Shown here: piece by piece, positions 27,022 to 35,338 of the stretch
Numbering within the stretch: the first letter of the stretch is position 1
Layout: every line of letters begins with the position of its first letter
Origin: an uncultured Gammaproteobacteria bacterium
GTDB lineage: Bacteria > Patescibacteriota > Microgenomatia > CAZETR01 > Amesbacteraceae
NCBI GenBank assembly: GCA_964502885.1
Contig: CAZCXU010000005.1
Location: 1 to 60,467 of the forward strand
DNA: 60,467 bases
Direction: 5' to 3'
Made by a program: the position numbers and the translations under genes
Notes under the pieces: generated by a model
The model's database searches: none
The model's input: the letters and a program-made list of their open reading frames with translations, nothing else
What the model was told of the DNA's origin: nothing

Positions 27022-28235
27022 GTAGTTTTGATTTGATTTGCCAGTTCGGATAGGCTTGTTTGTGTTTGAGTGCCGCCTCGCATGTTTTTGAGATTGATAC
27101 TATTTTGAGCGGCTTCATCGGGGCCGATGATTACAACAAAAGGAATGTTTTTGCGAGATGCATATTTGAGTTGCTTATCGAGGCGGGTATTAGGGTCGGG
27201 ATAGACTTCTGTATTTATTCCAGAAGTGCGAAGTGCGGAGGCTGTCTCGAGAGATTTGGGGAGGAGTTCGGGGGAGAAGATGGTGACCAGGACTTGGGTA
27301 TCGGTGTCGAAGCCTGGGACTAGATTTAAGGATTCACAGGCTTCCAGTGTGCGGTCAAAACCTAATCCAAATCCCGTAGCGGGGATTTTTTGACCGGAAA
27401 CTTTTTCAGCCAGAAGATCGTAGCGTTCACCGCCTAAGACGGAGCTGGCGCTTTGGGTTTCGGGAAGTTTAATTTCCCAGATGGGTCCGGTGGAATAGGA
27501 AAAGGAGCGGGCGAGAGTGGGCTCAAACTTGTACATTTCTTCGGAAAAACCGCAGGATTTGAGATAGTCGAAGATGGCAGTGAGTGTGGCATTTGGTTTA
27601 ATATTTTTGACATAGTTGAAATATATTTCGGCCTGGGCTTTCATGATGCCTTTTTTGACCATGTCGGCAATGACACCGTTCTCGCCAATCTTGTCGAGTT
27701 TGTCGATTGAGGCGATGGCGGTGTAGGGGACACTTTGCAATAAAGACCGGTCGTTTATAAGAACCAGAGGTTTTTGGAAACCCAGTCGGCGATAGATATC
27801 TAGAGATAGGGCGATGACTTCAGCGTCGGCGATGGGAGAACTGGAGCCGAATATGTCTGCGTCTGCCTGGAGGAATTCGCGATAGCGACCCTTTTGGGTG
27901 TTTTCAGCACGGAATGCAGCTTGAATCTGGAAACGGCGGAAGGGATTTGTGAGAATTTGCCAATTTGCGCCTACTACTCGGCAAGTGGGGACTGTCTGAT
28001 CGTAGCGAAGGGCGACTTGGCGGCCACCGTTGTCCTCGAATTTATAGAAAAGTTTTTCGTCTTCACCGATTTGGCCGGCAAAAAGTTCTAGAGGCTCGAG
28101 GGTGGGGGTTTCCATGGGGTCAAAACCCCAGAGGGCAAAAATTTCTTCGAGACGGTTTTTCAGCCAGCGGCGTTTGAGAGCCTGGGTCGGCAAAAAATCG
28201 CGGAAGCCTTTGAGTGGTTGGATTATTTTGGTCAT
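27018..28235 (-). CDS. hisS: Histidine--tRNA ligase
   Basis: LKGFRDFLP, LRYDQTVP, FRAENTQKGRYREFLQ, GGERYD, GFGLGFDR, plus a C-terminal anticodon-binding domain. Confidence 0.92.
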   Translation of the reverse strand: MTKIIQPLKGFRDFLPTQALKRRWLKNRLEEIFALWGFDPMETPTLEPLELFAGQIGEDEKLFYKFEDNGGRQVALRYDQTVPTCRVVGANWQILTNPFRRFQIQAAFRAENTQKGRYREFLQADADIFGSSSPIADAEVIALSLDIYRRLGFQKPLVLINDRSLLQSVPYTAIASIDKLDKIGENGVIADMVKKGIMKAQAEIYFNYVKNIKPNATLTAIFDYLKSCGFSEEMYKFEPTLARSFSYSTGPIWEIKLPETQSASSVLGGERYDLLAEKVSGQKIPATGFGLGFDRTLEACESLNLVPGFDTDTQVLVTIFSPELLPKSLETASALRTSGINTEVYPDPNTRLDKQLKYASRKNIPFVVIIGPDEAAQNSINLKNMRGGTQTQTSLSELANQIKTT

Positions 28236-28251
28236 AGATCAATTTAAACAC

Positions 28252-28274
28252 AAAAAAAGGAACCTTGCGGTTCC
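28252..28274 (-). terminator. Intrinsic terminator hairpin 17 nt upstream of the hisS ATG
   Basis: The minus strand reads GGAACC-GCAA-GGTTCC followed by TTTTTTT. That is a perfect 6-bp stem, a GNRA loop and a U7 tract. The stem lies at 28259-28274 and the T-tract at 28252-28258. Confidence 0.6.
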
Positions 28275-28383
28275 AGCCATTATTAGCGCTTTTTGACTAT
28301 TTCGGCAGTCTATCCGGTTAGTATTTGGCTAACTCCTTTGGGGTCGTGACTCCCATGCAAGCGGATTTATAAATTGTGTGGGA

Positions 28384-28413
28384 AGTGTAGCACCAGTGTC
28401 CTGTAGTTGTCAA
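28384..28413 (-). promoter_or_regulatory. Candidate promoter upstream of the hisS leader
   Basis: On the minus strand: TTGACA (28413-28408), 18-nt spacer, TACACT (28389-28384). This predicts a leader of about 140 nt that contains the terminator. Confidence 0.35.
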
Positions 28414-28419
28414 GAAAGC

Positions 28420-29067
28420 TTAGATTTTGTGGATGTTTAGGGCGGAGGTGGTTGATCCGGAAGTGCGGTAAATGATGACGACTTTATCTCCAGCTTTGAG
28501 GGTGGCGGCTTTGACTTTTTCTGCCTTGCCGTCGACAGTTGCGCTTACTCCGGTTCCGGAAGTGATTTTGGCTGTTATGCTGGCTTTTGATGCAGTTTCG
28601 ACTGTGATAGTAGAAGTTGTGATAGTGGTGATGATGCCCACAGTCGATGATCTGCGGTCTTCGACAGGCTGATCAATGACGAGAAGGCGGGAAGTGGTCA
28701 TGGTGTTTTGGCTGTCCACATCACCCATTACTAAAACATATTGACCGGAAGACAAGTCTTTGAGGGTACCGTCTTTACCGTTTTTCAGCTTGATGGTGGT
28801 ATCGGTGCTGACCAGAGCGGTGCGAGTCTGGTTGTGATAATTGGTAATGGTAATTTGCGCTTCGCTTTTGGAATTGATAGATCCTAAGAAGGCTTTTTTG
28901 GAAACAGCCTGTTTGATGGCGGCCAGCTCCATGGCAACTTTCTCTTTGACTGAATCACGGAGTGCCTGGGCACTGGGGGAAGCTGACTGGGCTAATACGG
29001 ATGTAGCTGAAAACAGAGATAGTGATATGACGGCAATTGATATGGTGAGCAGTTTTTTAGTAGTCAT
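28420..29067 (-). CDS. Secreted hypothetical protein (signal peptide, beta-rich repeats)
   Basis: MTTKKLLTISIAVISLSLFSATSVLAQS. T/S/V-rich with repeated G(D)xV...I segments. Confidence 0.55.
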   Translation of the reverse strand: MTTKKLLTISIAVISLSLFSATSVLAQSASPSAQALRDSVKEKVAMELAAIKQAVSKKAFLGSINSKSEAQITITNYHNQTRTALVSTDTTIKLKNGKDGTLKDLSSGQYVLVMGDVDSQNTMTTSRLLVIDQPVEDRRSSTVGIITTITTSTITVETASKASITAKITSGTGVSATVDGKAEKVKAATLKAGDKVVIIYRTSGSTTSALNIHKI

Positions 29068-29526
29068 TTATATTTTTGACGTGGTGTAGGTAACTATCAG
29101 ATCTGTCGATTTGGAATTGCCGTTTTGGTCAAAAGCTGTGATGGTAATGCGATTGTATCCGCCCTCAAGTTTGATAACCTGAGAAAAAGTACCAGTGGAG
29201 TCTGAAAGAGTGATAGTTTCGCTGGATTCGTAGGAGATGGCAACGGGAATTAGAGGGGCGGTTTTTCCGGTAAGCGTAATGCTGGATTCAGAGGAAATAG
29301 ATTCATATTCAGGAGATGAGATTGTCAGGGGAATTGCTGATGTGGGGGTCGGGCTTGTGGTGGCAGCGGGAGCTGGGGAGGGAGAGGTATTCGTGCTGTC
29401 GCTGATGGTCCCTAGTGAACCGGAGTCTGGTTTTTTGAGAGTTTTATTTGCGGTCCAGATGCCGAAAGTAATGACCAGCCCCAGTGCAAAACCAATAAAT
29501 ACGGCAAAAAATACTTCCTTTTTCAT
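29068..29526 (-). CDS. Membrane-anchored protein with a P/T/S linker and an Ig-like C-terminal module
   Basis: The ATG at 29526 gives MKKEVFFAVFIGFALGLVITFGIW (TM). This is followed by TSPSPAPAATTSPTPT and then GTFSQVIKLEGGYNRITITAFDQNGN. It directly abuts the downstream gene. Confidence 0.5.
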   Translation of the reverse strand: MKKEVFFAVFIGFALGLVITFGIWTANKTLKKPDSGSLGTISDSTNTSPSPAPAATTSPTPTSAIPLTISSPEYESISSESSITLTGKTAPLIPVAISYESSETITLSDSTGTFSQVIKLEGGYNRITITAFDQNGNSKSTDLIVTYTTSKI

Positions 29527-29601
29527 ATGTAAATCTTCCAGAAGATTAATTGACGTATCAAATCTTGTCAAGACAATCGATCTGGTGTATGTTGTTACGG
29601 T

Positions 29602-30240
29602 ATGGAAATAGTATATTTGGGCCATGCATCTTTCCGACTAAAGGGTAAACAGAAAACTGTGGTTACTGACCCATATGGAGAAGATGTGGGGAAATTTCCT
29701 AAGGATGTGGAAGCGGATGTGATGACGGTTTCTCATGGCCATTTTGACCACAACGCAAAAGAAAAAGTGAAAGGTACTCCGTTTGTAATTGATGGGCCGG
29801 GTGAATTTGAAGTTGGGGGTGTGTCTGTAGTGGGGATTCCGTTGTTTCATGACGACAAACACGGAGAAGATCGTGGAGCTAATACTGCATTCGTAATAGA
29901 GATGGATGGTCTGAGAGTTGCGCACCTGGGAGATTTGGGGCATAAGCTGAGTGAATCTGAATTGGAGGAGATTGGATCTATTGACATCGCGCTGGTACCA
30001 GTCGGGGGAACATATACTATTGGTGCAAAACAGGCAAAAGAAGTGGTTTCACAAATTGATCCAAGTTATGTAATTCCTATGCACTACAAGCAAGAAGGAA
30101 TAACTATTGAGGGCCTGGCAGGTCTGGATGAATTCCTGAAAGAGATGGGGAAGCCGGATATTGTTCCAGTGGCGAAATTGAGTGTAGTGGCCGATAAGGT
30201 ACCAGAGGAACTAACTGTGGTAGTATTGGAGCCAAAGTAG
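29602..30240 (+). CDS. MBL-fold metal-dependent hydrolase (UPF0173-like)
   Basis: MEIVYLGHASFRLKG...VVTDPY, VSHGHFDH, HLGDLGH, VPVGGTYT. Confidence 0.85.
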   Translation: MEIVYLGHASFRLKGKQKTVVTDPYGEDVGKFPKDVEADVMTVSHGHFDHNAKEKVKGTPFVIDGPGEFEVGGVSVVGIPLFHDDKHGEDRGANTAFVIEMDGLRVAHLGDLGHKLSESELEEIGSIDIALVPVGGTYTIGAKQAKEVVSQIDPSYVIPMHYKQEGITIEGLAGLDEFLKEMGKPDIVPVAKLSVVADKVPEELTVVVLEPK

Positions 30241-30252
30241 AATACTTTTGGT

Positions 30253-31572
30253 ATGTCTAAGATATTGGTACCTCCCCATTCGGATGTGGCTGAAAGATCA
30301 GTGCTAGGTGCACTTCTAATGGACAAGGACGCGCTGATTTCGGTTGTGGAGTTTTTGCGTCCGGAGCATTTTTATGATGAGAGACATCAAAAAATCTTTG
30401 AAGTGATTCTGGATCTGTATCAGGAAAGAGATCCGGTGGATGTGGTTTCGGTGATGGAGCGACTAAAAAAGAATAAAACCCTGAAGAATATCGGAGGCGG
30501 AGAGTATCTGACTGAGTTGGTATCCAATGTACCAACGGCAGCTCATTCGGAACATTACGGGAAACTGGTAAAAGATGACTATACCAAAAGGCAGCTGATC
30601 GGGGCGGCGGCGCGAATTTCAGAATCGTCATTTGACGATAGTGGGGATGTGCGACAGATATTGGATATGGCAGAGTCCACGGTATTTTCGCTGGCACAAC
30701 AGCATTTACGGCAGGTTTTTACTCCGGTAAAAAGTATTTTGGCTGAGTCGTTTGACCGATTGGATGAGCTACACAAGTCAGCCGGAAGCATGAGGGGGGT
30801 ACCGACAGGTTTTGTGGATCTGGATGACACCTTGGCGGGTATGCAGGATTCAAACCTGATAATTCTTGCGGCGCGTCCGGGAGTGGGTAAAACGGCTTTA
30901 GCACTAAATATCGCTCAGAATGCGGCGTTTAAGCATAAAATGCCGGTGGGATTTTTCTCTCTGGAAATGAGCAAGGAAGAACTGATGGACCGTCTTCTAG
31001 TGTCGCAGGCGGAGATTGACGCCTGGAAAATGAAAACGGGCAGATTGGACGAGGACGAATTTGCAAAATTGTCAGATGCGATGGGGGAATTATATGAAAC
31101 GCCACTATATATAGATGACACTCCGGGGATGTCTGTATTGGAAATGCGTACCAAAGCACGGAGATTGAAAGCAGAGCATGGATTGAAACTGGTGGTGGTG
31201 GACTATCTACAACTTGCCCGGCCAAGCAGAAATATGGATAGCCGGGTGCAGGAGGTTTCTGAAGTGTCTCAGGGGCTGAAGAATCTGGCCCGAGAGTTGA
31301 AAGTGCCAGTTCTGGCTTTGTCACAGCTGTCACGTCAGGTGGAACAGCGAGGGATAAAGCGGCCGCAACTGGCAGATTTGCGTGAGTCGGGGGCGATTGA
31401 GCAGGATGCTGATGTGGTTATGTTTTTATGGCGAGAGAATGACGATGATCTTGAAAATATGAAGCTGGATATAGCGAAACATCGTAATGGAGCACTGCGG
31501 TCAATAGACTTGCGGTTCAGGGGAGACAAAGTGAAGTTTTATTCGGTGGAAAAGAGGCACGGAAAAAACTAA
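30253..31572 (+). CDS. dnaB: Replicative DNA helicase DnaB
   Basis: PPHSDVAERSVLGALL, GFVDLDD, ARPGVGKTALALNIA, FSLEMS, VVVDYLQL, ALSQLSR, ESGAIEQDADVV, KHRNG. Confidence 0.95.
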   Translation: MSKILVPPHSDVAERSVLGALLMDKDALISVVEFLRPEHFYDERHQKIFEVILDLYQERDPVDVVSVMERLKKNKTLKNIGGGEYLTELVSNVPTAAHSEHYGKLVKDDYTKRQLIGAAARISESSFDDSGDVRQILDMAESTVFSLAQQHLRQVFTPVKSILAESFDRLDELHKSAGSMRGVPTGFVDLDDTLAGMQDSNLIILAARPGVGKTALALNIAQNAAFKHKMPVGFFSLEMSKEELMDRLLVSQAEIDAWKMKTGRLDEDEFAKLSDAMGELYETPLYIDDTPGMSVLEMRTKARRLKAEHGLKLVVVDYLQLARPSRNMDSRVQEVSEVSQGLKNLARELKVPVLALSQLSRQVEQRGIKRPQLADLRESGAIEQDADVVMFLWRENDDDLENMKLDIAKHRNGALRSIDLRFRGDKVKFYSVEKRHGKN

Positions 31573-31617
31573 TTTTGCCTAAACTGCAGGTTTCTCTCAA
31601 AAGAGAAGAGGTGTTGG

Positions 31618-31773
31618 TTATTTGTATCTGCTGACTTCAACACTTTTTGCCGAAGCTTTGGTGGAAGTGGATTGGGCAATGGACATGAAAGTGACACCCA
31701 CTGCCAGGCAGATGACAAAAACCAAGAGGAACAACAGTTCGAGGAACTGGGGTTTTTCTTTGGCTTTGGCCAT
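31618..31773 (-). CDS. Small single-TM protein (about 51 aa)
   Basis: The ATG at 31773 gives MAKAKEKPQFLELLFLLVFVICLAVGVTFMSIA.... The longer track version adds an unlikely N-terminus. Confidence 0.3.
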   Translation of the reverse strand: MAKAKEKPQFLELLFLLVFVICLAVGVTFMSIAQSTSTKASAKSVEVSRYK

Positions 31774-31789
31774 GGTTTGAATAAATAAA

Positions 31790-31933
31790 TTAACGAATAA
31801 CTGTATCAATAGCAGCACGGGCAACCTGTTCATCAATCAGCAGAATGGCGAAAGATACTACAAACAGGGTGGCGACGATGATCATGATTCCATAAACTCG
31901 ATACTTGGCTACTGAACGATTTTGTTTGGTCAC
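31790..31933 (-). CDS. Small single-TM protein (47 aa), not in the supplied track
   Basis: The GTG at 31933 gives VTKQNRSVAKYRVYGIMIIVATLFVVSFAILLIDEQVARAAIDTVIR, ending with TAA at 31792-31790. Confidence 0.25.
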   Translation of the reverse strand: MTKQNRSVAKYRVYGIMIIVATLFVVSFAILLIDEQVARAAIDTVIR

Positions 31934-32111
31934 ATATTCAGTATGCGGAGAGGGGGCAACTATTGTCAAGAGGGGAGAAACGGGGGGACTGTTACTTATA
32001 GGTTTTTGGTAACTCTGCCATCAAATACCTGAAAGCCATTGTTTTCGTAGAATTTCCGGAGGGCTTTGGGGTCGATGGAAGAATCGGGAGAAAAATCGCC
32101 GGACTGTTGAA

Positions 32112-32537
32112 CTATTTTAGCCATTTGGATTGGCAGAGGGAAAGATCCTGACTGCACTTGTTCAGTTGTAGGATTGTGCTATCGAATGACATCTCTGTAA
32201 GGAGAAAGCTGGTGAAATTGGAAATGATGGCAACACCTAAAATGAGAATAGTGATGAGCAAGGGGTAAATGGTAATCAGGGCGGAGAGTTTGTTTTTCAC
32301 TGAAAGCCAGAGAGAAACTAGTGCAAGGAGAGGGGTAATAATTATGGCGGTGAGATAGAGTAAGCTGAGCACATTTGCCACCTCAGGACTCACAGATGAG
32401 AATTCGGGAGGATTTATCAGACGGGGGAGAGATTGAAGAGTAAAAGTCTGATGATTGGTAAAAAAAATATAAAAAGCGAGGAAAAAGGGAAAGAGAATCA
32501 GTATGTGGCGAAGAAGTGAAATGTTTTTTAATATCAT
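32112..32537 (-). CDS. Hypothetical polytopic membrane protein
   Basis: 141 aa with 4 hydrophobic segments. It starts 5 nt downstream of the tRNA-Leu 3' end. Confidence 0.45.
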   Translation of the reverse strand: MILKNISLLRHILILFPFFLAFYIFFTNHQTFTLQSLPRLINPPEFSSVSPEVANVLSLLYLTAIIITPLLALVSLWLSVKNKLSALITIYPLLITILILGVAIISNFTSFLLTEMSFDSTILQLNKCSQDLSLCQSKWLK

Positions 32538-32541
32538 TTTG

Positions 32542-32626
32542 TGCCGAGGGACGGACTCGAACCGTCATGAGCTTTTAGGCTCACAGGTTTTTGAGACCTG
32601 CGTGTCTACCATTCCACCACCCCGGC
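32542..32626 (-). tRNA. tRNA-Leu (anticodon CAA), type II with a long variable arm; no encoded CCA
   Basis: The minus strand reads GCCGGGG-tg-gtgg..acac-g-CAGGT-CTCAAAA-ACCTG-(variable arm tgagcctaaaagctcatga)-GACGG-TTCGAGT-CCGTC-CCTCGGC-A. The 7-bp acceptor stem has one G-U pair. The anticodon loop is CU-CAA-AA. Confidence 0.9.
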
Positions 32627-32637
32627 TTGTAGCTCTA

Positions 32638-32666
32638 ATTATCTCACGGAGGAGGGGAGTTTTGAA
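32638..32666 (-). promoter_or_regulatory. Candidate promoter for tRNA-Leu
   Basis: On the minus strand: TTCAAA (32666-32661), 17-nt spacer, GATAAT (32643-32638). The -10 ends 11 nt before the tRNA 5' end. Confidence 0.3.
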
Positions 32667-32719
32667 GTTTGAGCCTGAGCAGGGAAAGCAGGAGGAAATA
32701 TATGAGGTAAAATGGTGGA

Positions 32720-33370
32720 GTGTCTAATTTTTATGTATATGGTTTTACTATGGTGCTCGTGTGGTTCGGGCTAAGTTTTTCTTTGTGGAGGAAGCTGCGT
32801 GAGGAGTATCACAATGAGGAGATACTTACTTTTACTCTGATAATTACTTTGGCAGTGGTTACGGGTTTGGGACTTAGTGGAGTAATTGAGACGGGGAAAT
32901 TGGGGGGAGTATCGGGTTGGGGAATGGTGCTTGGGTTGCTGTATGCGGTAAGAAAGTGGTCTGAAGGAAGAAATTGGGATGTCTGGGAAATCGCTGATCT
33001 GTTGGGAATATATGGTATGCGAGCCTGGGTGATTATTTCTGCTGTCAGATTTGTGCTGGGGTGGGGTATGTGGGAACTGGTATTTGCTTTGGGCGGGTGG
33101 GCAACTGTGGAGTTGGTCAGCCGGGGTTACCGAAAGTTTTTTTGGTATCCCAGCGGTAAGGCGGGATTGGCTGGTTTGACGGCACTTCTGGTGTATTGTG
33201 TGTATGAAATAGTCGTTGCCTTTTTGACGAATGCGCCTGTATACTGGTGGGGTTTGACGGGAGGACAAACTGTCGCAGGATGGTTGGCTGGATTTACCCT
33301 GATAACAATATACGTCCGAGGGGGCCAAAAACTCTTTGGAAGTGTTAAAATGTACAGGAGGAAACGCTAA
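32720..33370 (+). CDS. Hypothetical polytopic membrane protein
   Basis: 216 aa, W/G-rich with about 6 TM helices. No motif recognised. Confidence 0.5.
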   Translation: MSNFYVYGFTMVLVWFGLSFSLWRKLREEYHNEEILTFTLIITLAVVTGLGLSGVIETGKLGGVSGWGMVLGLLYAVRKWSEGRNWDVWEIADLLGIYGMRAWVIISAVRFVLGWGMWELVFALGGWATVELVSRGYRKFFWYPSGKAGLAGLTALLVYCVYEIVVAFLTNAPVYWWGLTGGQTVAGWLAGFTLITIYVRGGQKLFGSVKMYRRKR

Positions 33371-33781
33371 ATGAGTAATAAACAAAATAAACCGGAAAAA
33401 ATTGAAAAAAGCAGATCACCGTTTTTGTATCCGCAGGAAGTTTTACGACCGGTGAAAGAGTATTTGTCGAGTAAGTTGTTTGGTCTGGAAAAAAGAAAAC
33501 GAGAGCTTTCGAAGGAGGACCCGTTTGAGGATAGAAGCAGACTTAATGACAATGCAGCCATTGATGCTGATGCCGCTGAGAGAGTCGGACATATGCAGGT
33601 TTCGGCTTTGAAATCTACCATGGATAGAAGCATGATTCAGGTGAGAAAAGCTTTGTCGATGATTAAAATCGGCAAATATGGATTGTGTGAGAGATGCGGA
33701 AAAATGATTGACACTGACAGGTTGATGATTGTTCCGGAATCGACTTTGTGTGTGGAGTGTGAGAAGAGCAGAGAAAAATAA
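33371..33781 (+). CDS. DksA/TraR-family C4 zinc-finger protein
   Basis: Coiled-coil N-terminal region, then GKYGLCERCGKMIDTDRLMIVPESTLCVECEK (CxxC-17-CxxC). Confidence 0.85.
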   Translation: MSNKQNKPEKIEKSRSPFLYPQEVLRPVKEYLSSKLFGLEKRKRELSKEDPFEDRSRLNDNAAIDADAAERVGHMQVSALKSTMDRSMIQVRKALSMIKIGKYGLCERCGKMIDTDRLMIVPESTLCVECEKSREK

Positions 33782-33783
33782 TT

Positions 33784-34485
33784 ATGATGCCGGGAGTAAT
33801 TTTTGAGGATGATTCTATCTTGATCATCGATAAACCAGCGGGCATGGTGGTGAATGATGCAGCAACGACGGCAGGGGATTTGACTGTCCAGAAGTGGTTT
33901 AGAGAGAGATACAAATTGGATCTTTCGGGTGTATCAGAGTTTGCTGCAAAAGGTGGAGTGGTGCACCGGTTGGACAAAGATACCAGTGGGCTTTTGGTGC
34001 TAGCCAAGACGGAAGCTGCCTATGAAAAATTGAAGGAACAGTTTTTGACAAGAACTACTGAAAAAGTCTATCTGGCTCTGGTGCATGGATGGATTGATCC
34101 AGAGAAAGGTCTGATTAGTGCTGCAATTGTCAGACATCCTAAAGTCTGGGGCAAATTTATGGTGGGTGAGGACCTGTCGCGAACTGCCGTGACTGAGTGG
34201 GAGACTGAAAAAAGGTACACCAGACCTGAGAAATTGACTCTTCTGCGCCTTTATCCGAGAACGGGAAGAACACACCAGTTGCGGGTGCATTTGAAACATC
34301 TGGGTCATGCGATTGTTTCTGATCCAATTTATGCGGGAGAAAAAGTAAGTCGTGCGGACAGGAGATGGTGTCCGCGGTTATTTCTGCATGCTACTAAATT
34401 GAAGTTTGCGCATCCAATAACTGAAAAAGAGGTCAGTTTTGACTCTCCGCTGCCGGCTGATTTGATGTCGGTAGCCCTATCATAA
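33784..34485 (+). CDS. RluA-family pseudouridine synthase (no S4 domain)
   Basis: ILIIDKPAGMVV, HRLDKDTSGLLVLAK, YLALVHG, RTGRTHQLRVHL, LHATKLKFAHP. Confidence 0.9.
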   Translation: MMPGVIFEDDSILIIDKPAGMVVNDAATTAGDLTVQKWFRERYKLDLSGVSEFAAKGGVVHRLDKDTSGLLVLAKTEAAYEKLKEQFLTRTTEKVYLALVHGWIDPEKGLISAAIVRHPKVWGKFMVGEDLSRTAVTEWETEKRYTRPEKLTLLRLYPRTGRTHQLRVHLKHLGHAIVSDPIYAGEKVSRADRRWCPRLFLHATKLKFAHPITEKEVSFDSPLPADLMSVALS

Positions 34486-34504
34486 AGTTTGCTGCCTGTT
34501 TGAT

Positions 34505-35338
34505 ATGAAGAAGATTTACCAATACAAACCCCCCTGGCGGTTTGCAGTGTGGATATTGCTGTTGATCAGTTTAACTGTGGCCGGATATGAGGTATGGCAG
34601 GCAGTAAGAATGAGCAAATGGGATGGAAAGACAAGGTTTACAGTTTTGGACTTCCGTGATAGCGGAGTTCGGTTGGTGAGCAGTGAGCCGGATGGGGAGG
34701 CCCTGGAGATGGAGCTGCCTAAAAATATGGAAATTGTGACGATCGGTAGGGGTATATGGACGGCAGGAGCCATGCGAAGTCTGGCAGAGAAATATGGGTT
34801 TGAATGGGCGGCAGAGTCGGTTGCTTCCCATCTCGGAGTACCGTATACAGCTGTATGGCAGAAAATGTCAGTAATTGATCGGGCAAAATGGGAGATTCTG
34901 GTCTGGAAAAAAGAAATTCGAATATTGCAACTGATAAATAGCGTATTTTTGGTAGAAAAAACGGCCACAGATGGGGAAAAGACACTCAGTCTGTCAGCTT
35001 TGTGGAATAAGCGGGCAGGGGAGCTATTTTATTCTTCAGCTATAGCGCAGAATACTTGGCAGCTTTCTGTGATAAACGGGACTTCGGTGGATGGTCTGGC
35101 GGCAAAAGTGAGCAGGATTGCCGAAACACAGGGATTTAAGGTGGTAAGCCTGGTTCGTGATGAATCAGATTTGGAGGGGTGTCTGGTTTTGGGAAAAGAA
35201 GAGTGGCAAAAAGAATCAGCCCTTGTGTGGTTGGTTGGCTACTTTGGCTGCGATTATGTGACGGGGGACTCCGAAAGTGATGTGATTGAACTTAGGATAG
35301 GGAAAAAATTTGTGGAATGGATGGGGAATGGAGATTAG
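34505..35338 (+). CDS. Membrane-anchored LytR_C domain protein
   Basis: N-terminal TM FAVWILLLISLTVAGY. C-terminal LSVINGTSVDGLAAKVSRIAETQGFKVVSL...VIELRIG. It is the second LytR_C protein in the window. Confidence 0.6.
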   Translation: MKKIYQYKPPWRFAVWILLLISLTVAGYEVWQAVRMSKWDGKTRFTVLDFRDSGVRLVSSEPDGEALEMELPKNMEIVTIGRGIWTAGAMRSLAEKYGFEWAAESVASHLGVPYTAVWQKMSVIDRAKWEILVWKKEIRILQLINSVFLVEKTATDGEKTLSLSALWNKRAGELFYSSAIAQNTWQLSVINGTSVDGLAAKVSRIAETQGFKVVSLVRDESDLEGCLVLGKEEWQKESALVWLVGYFGCDYVTGDSESDVIELRIGKKFVEWMGNGD

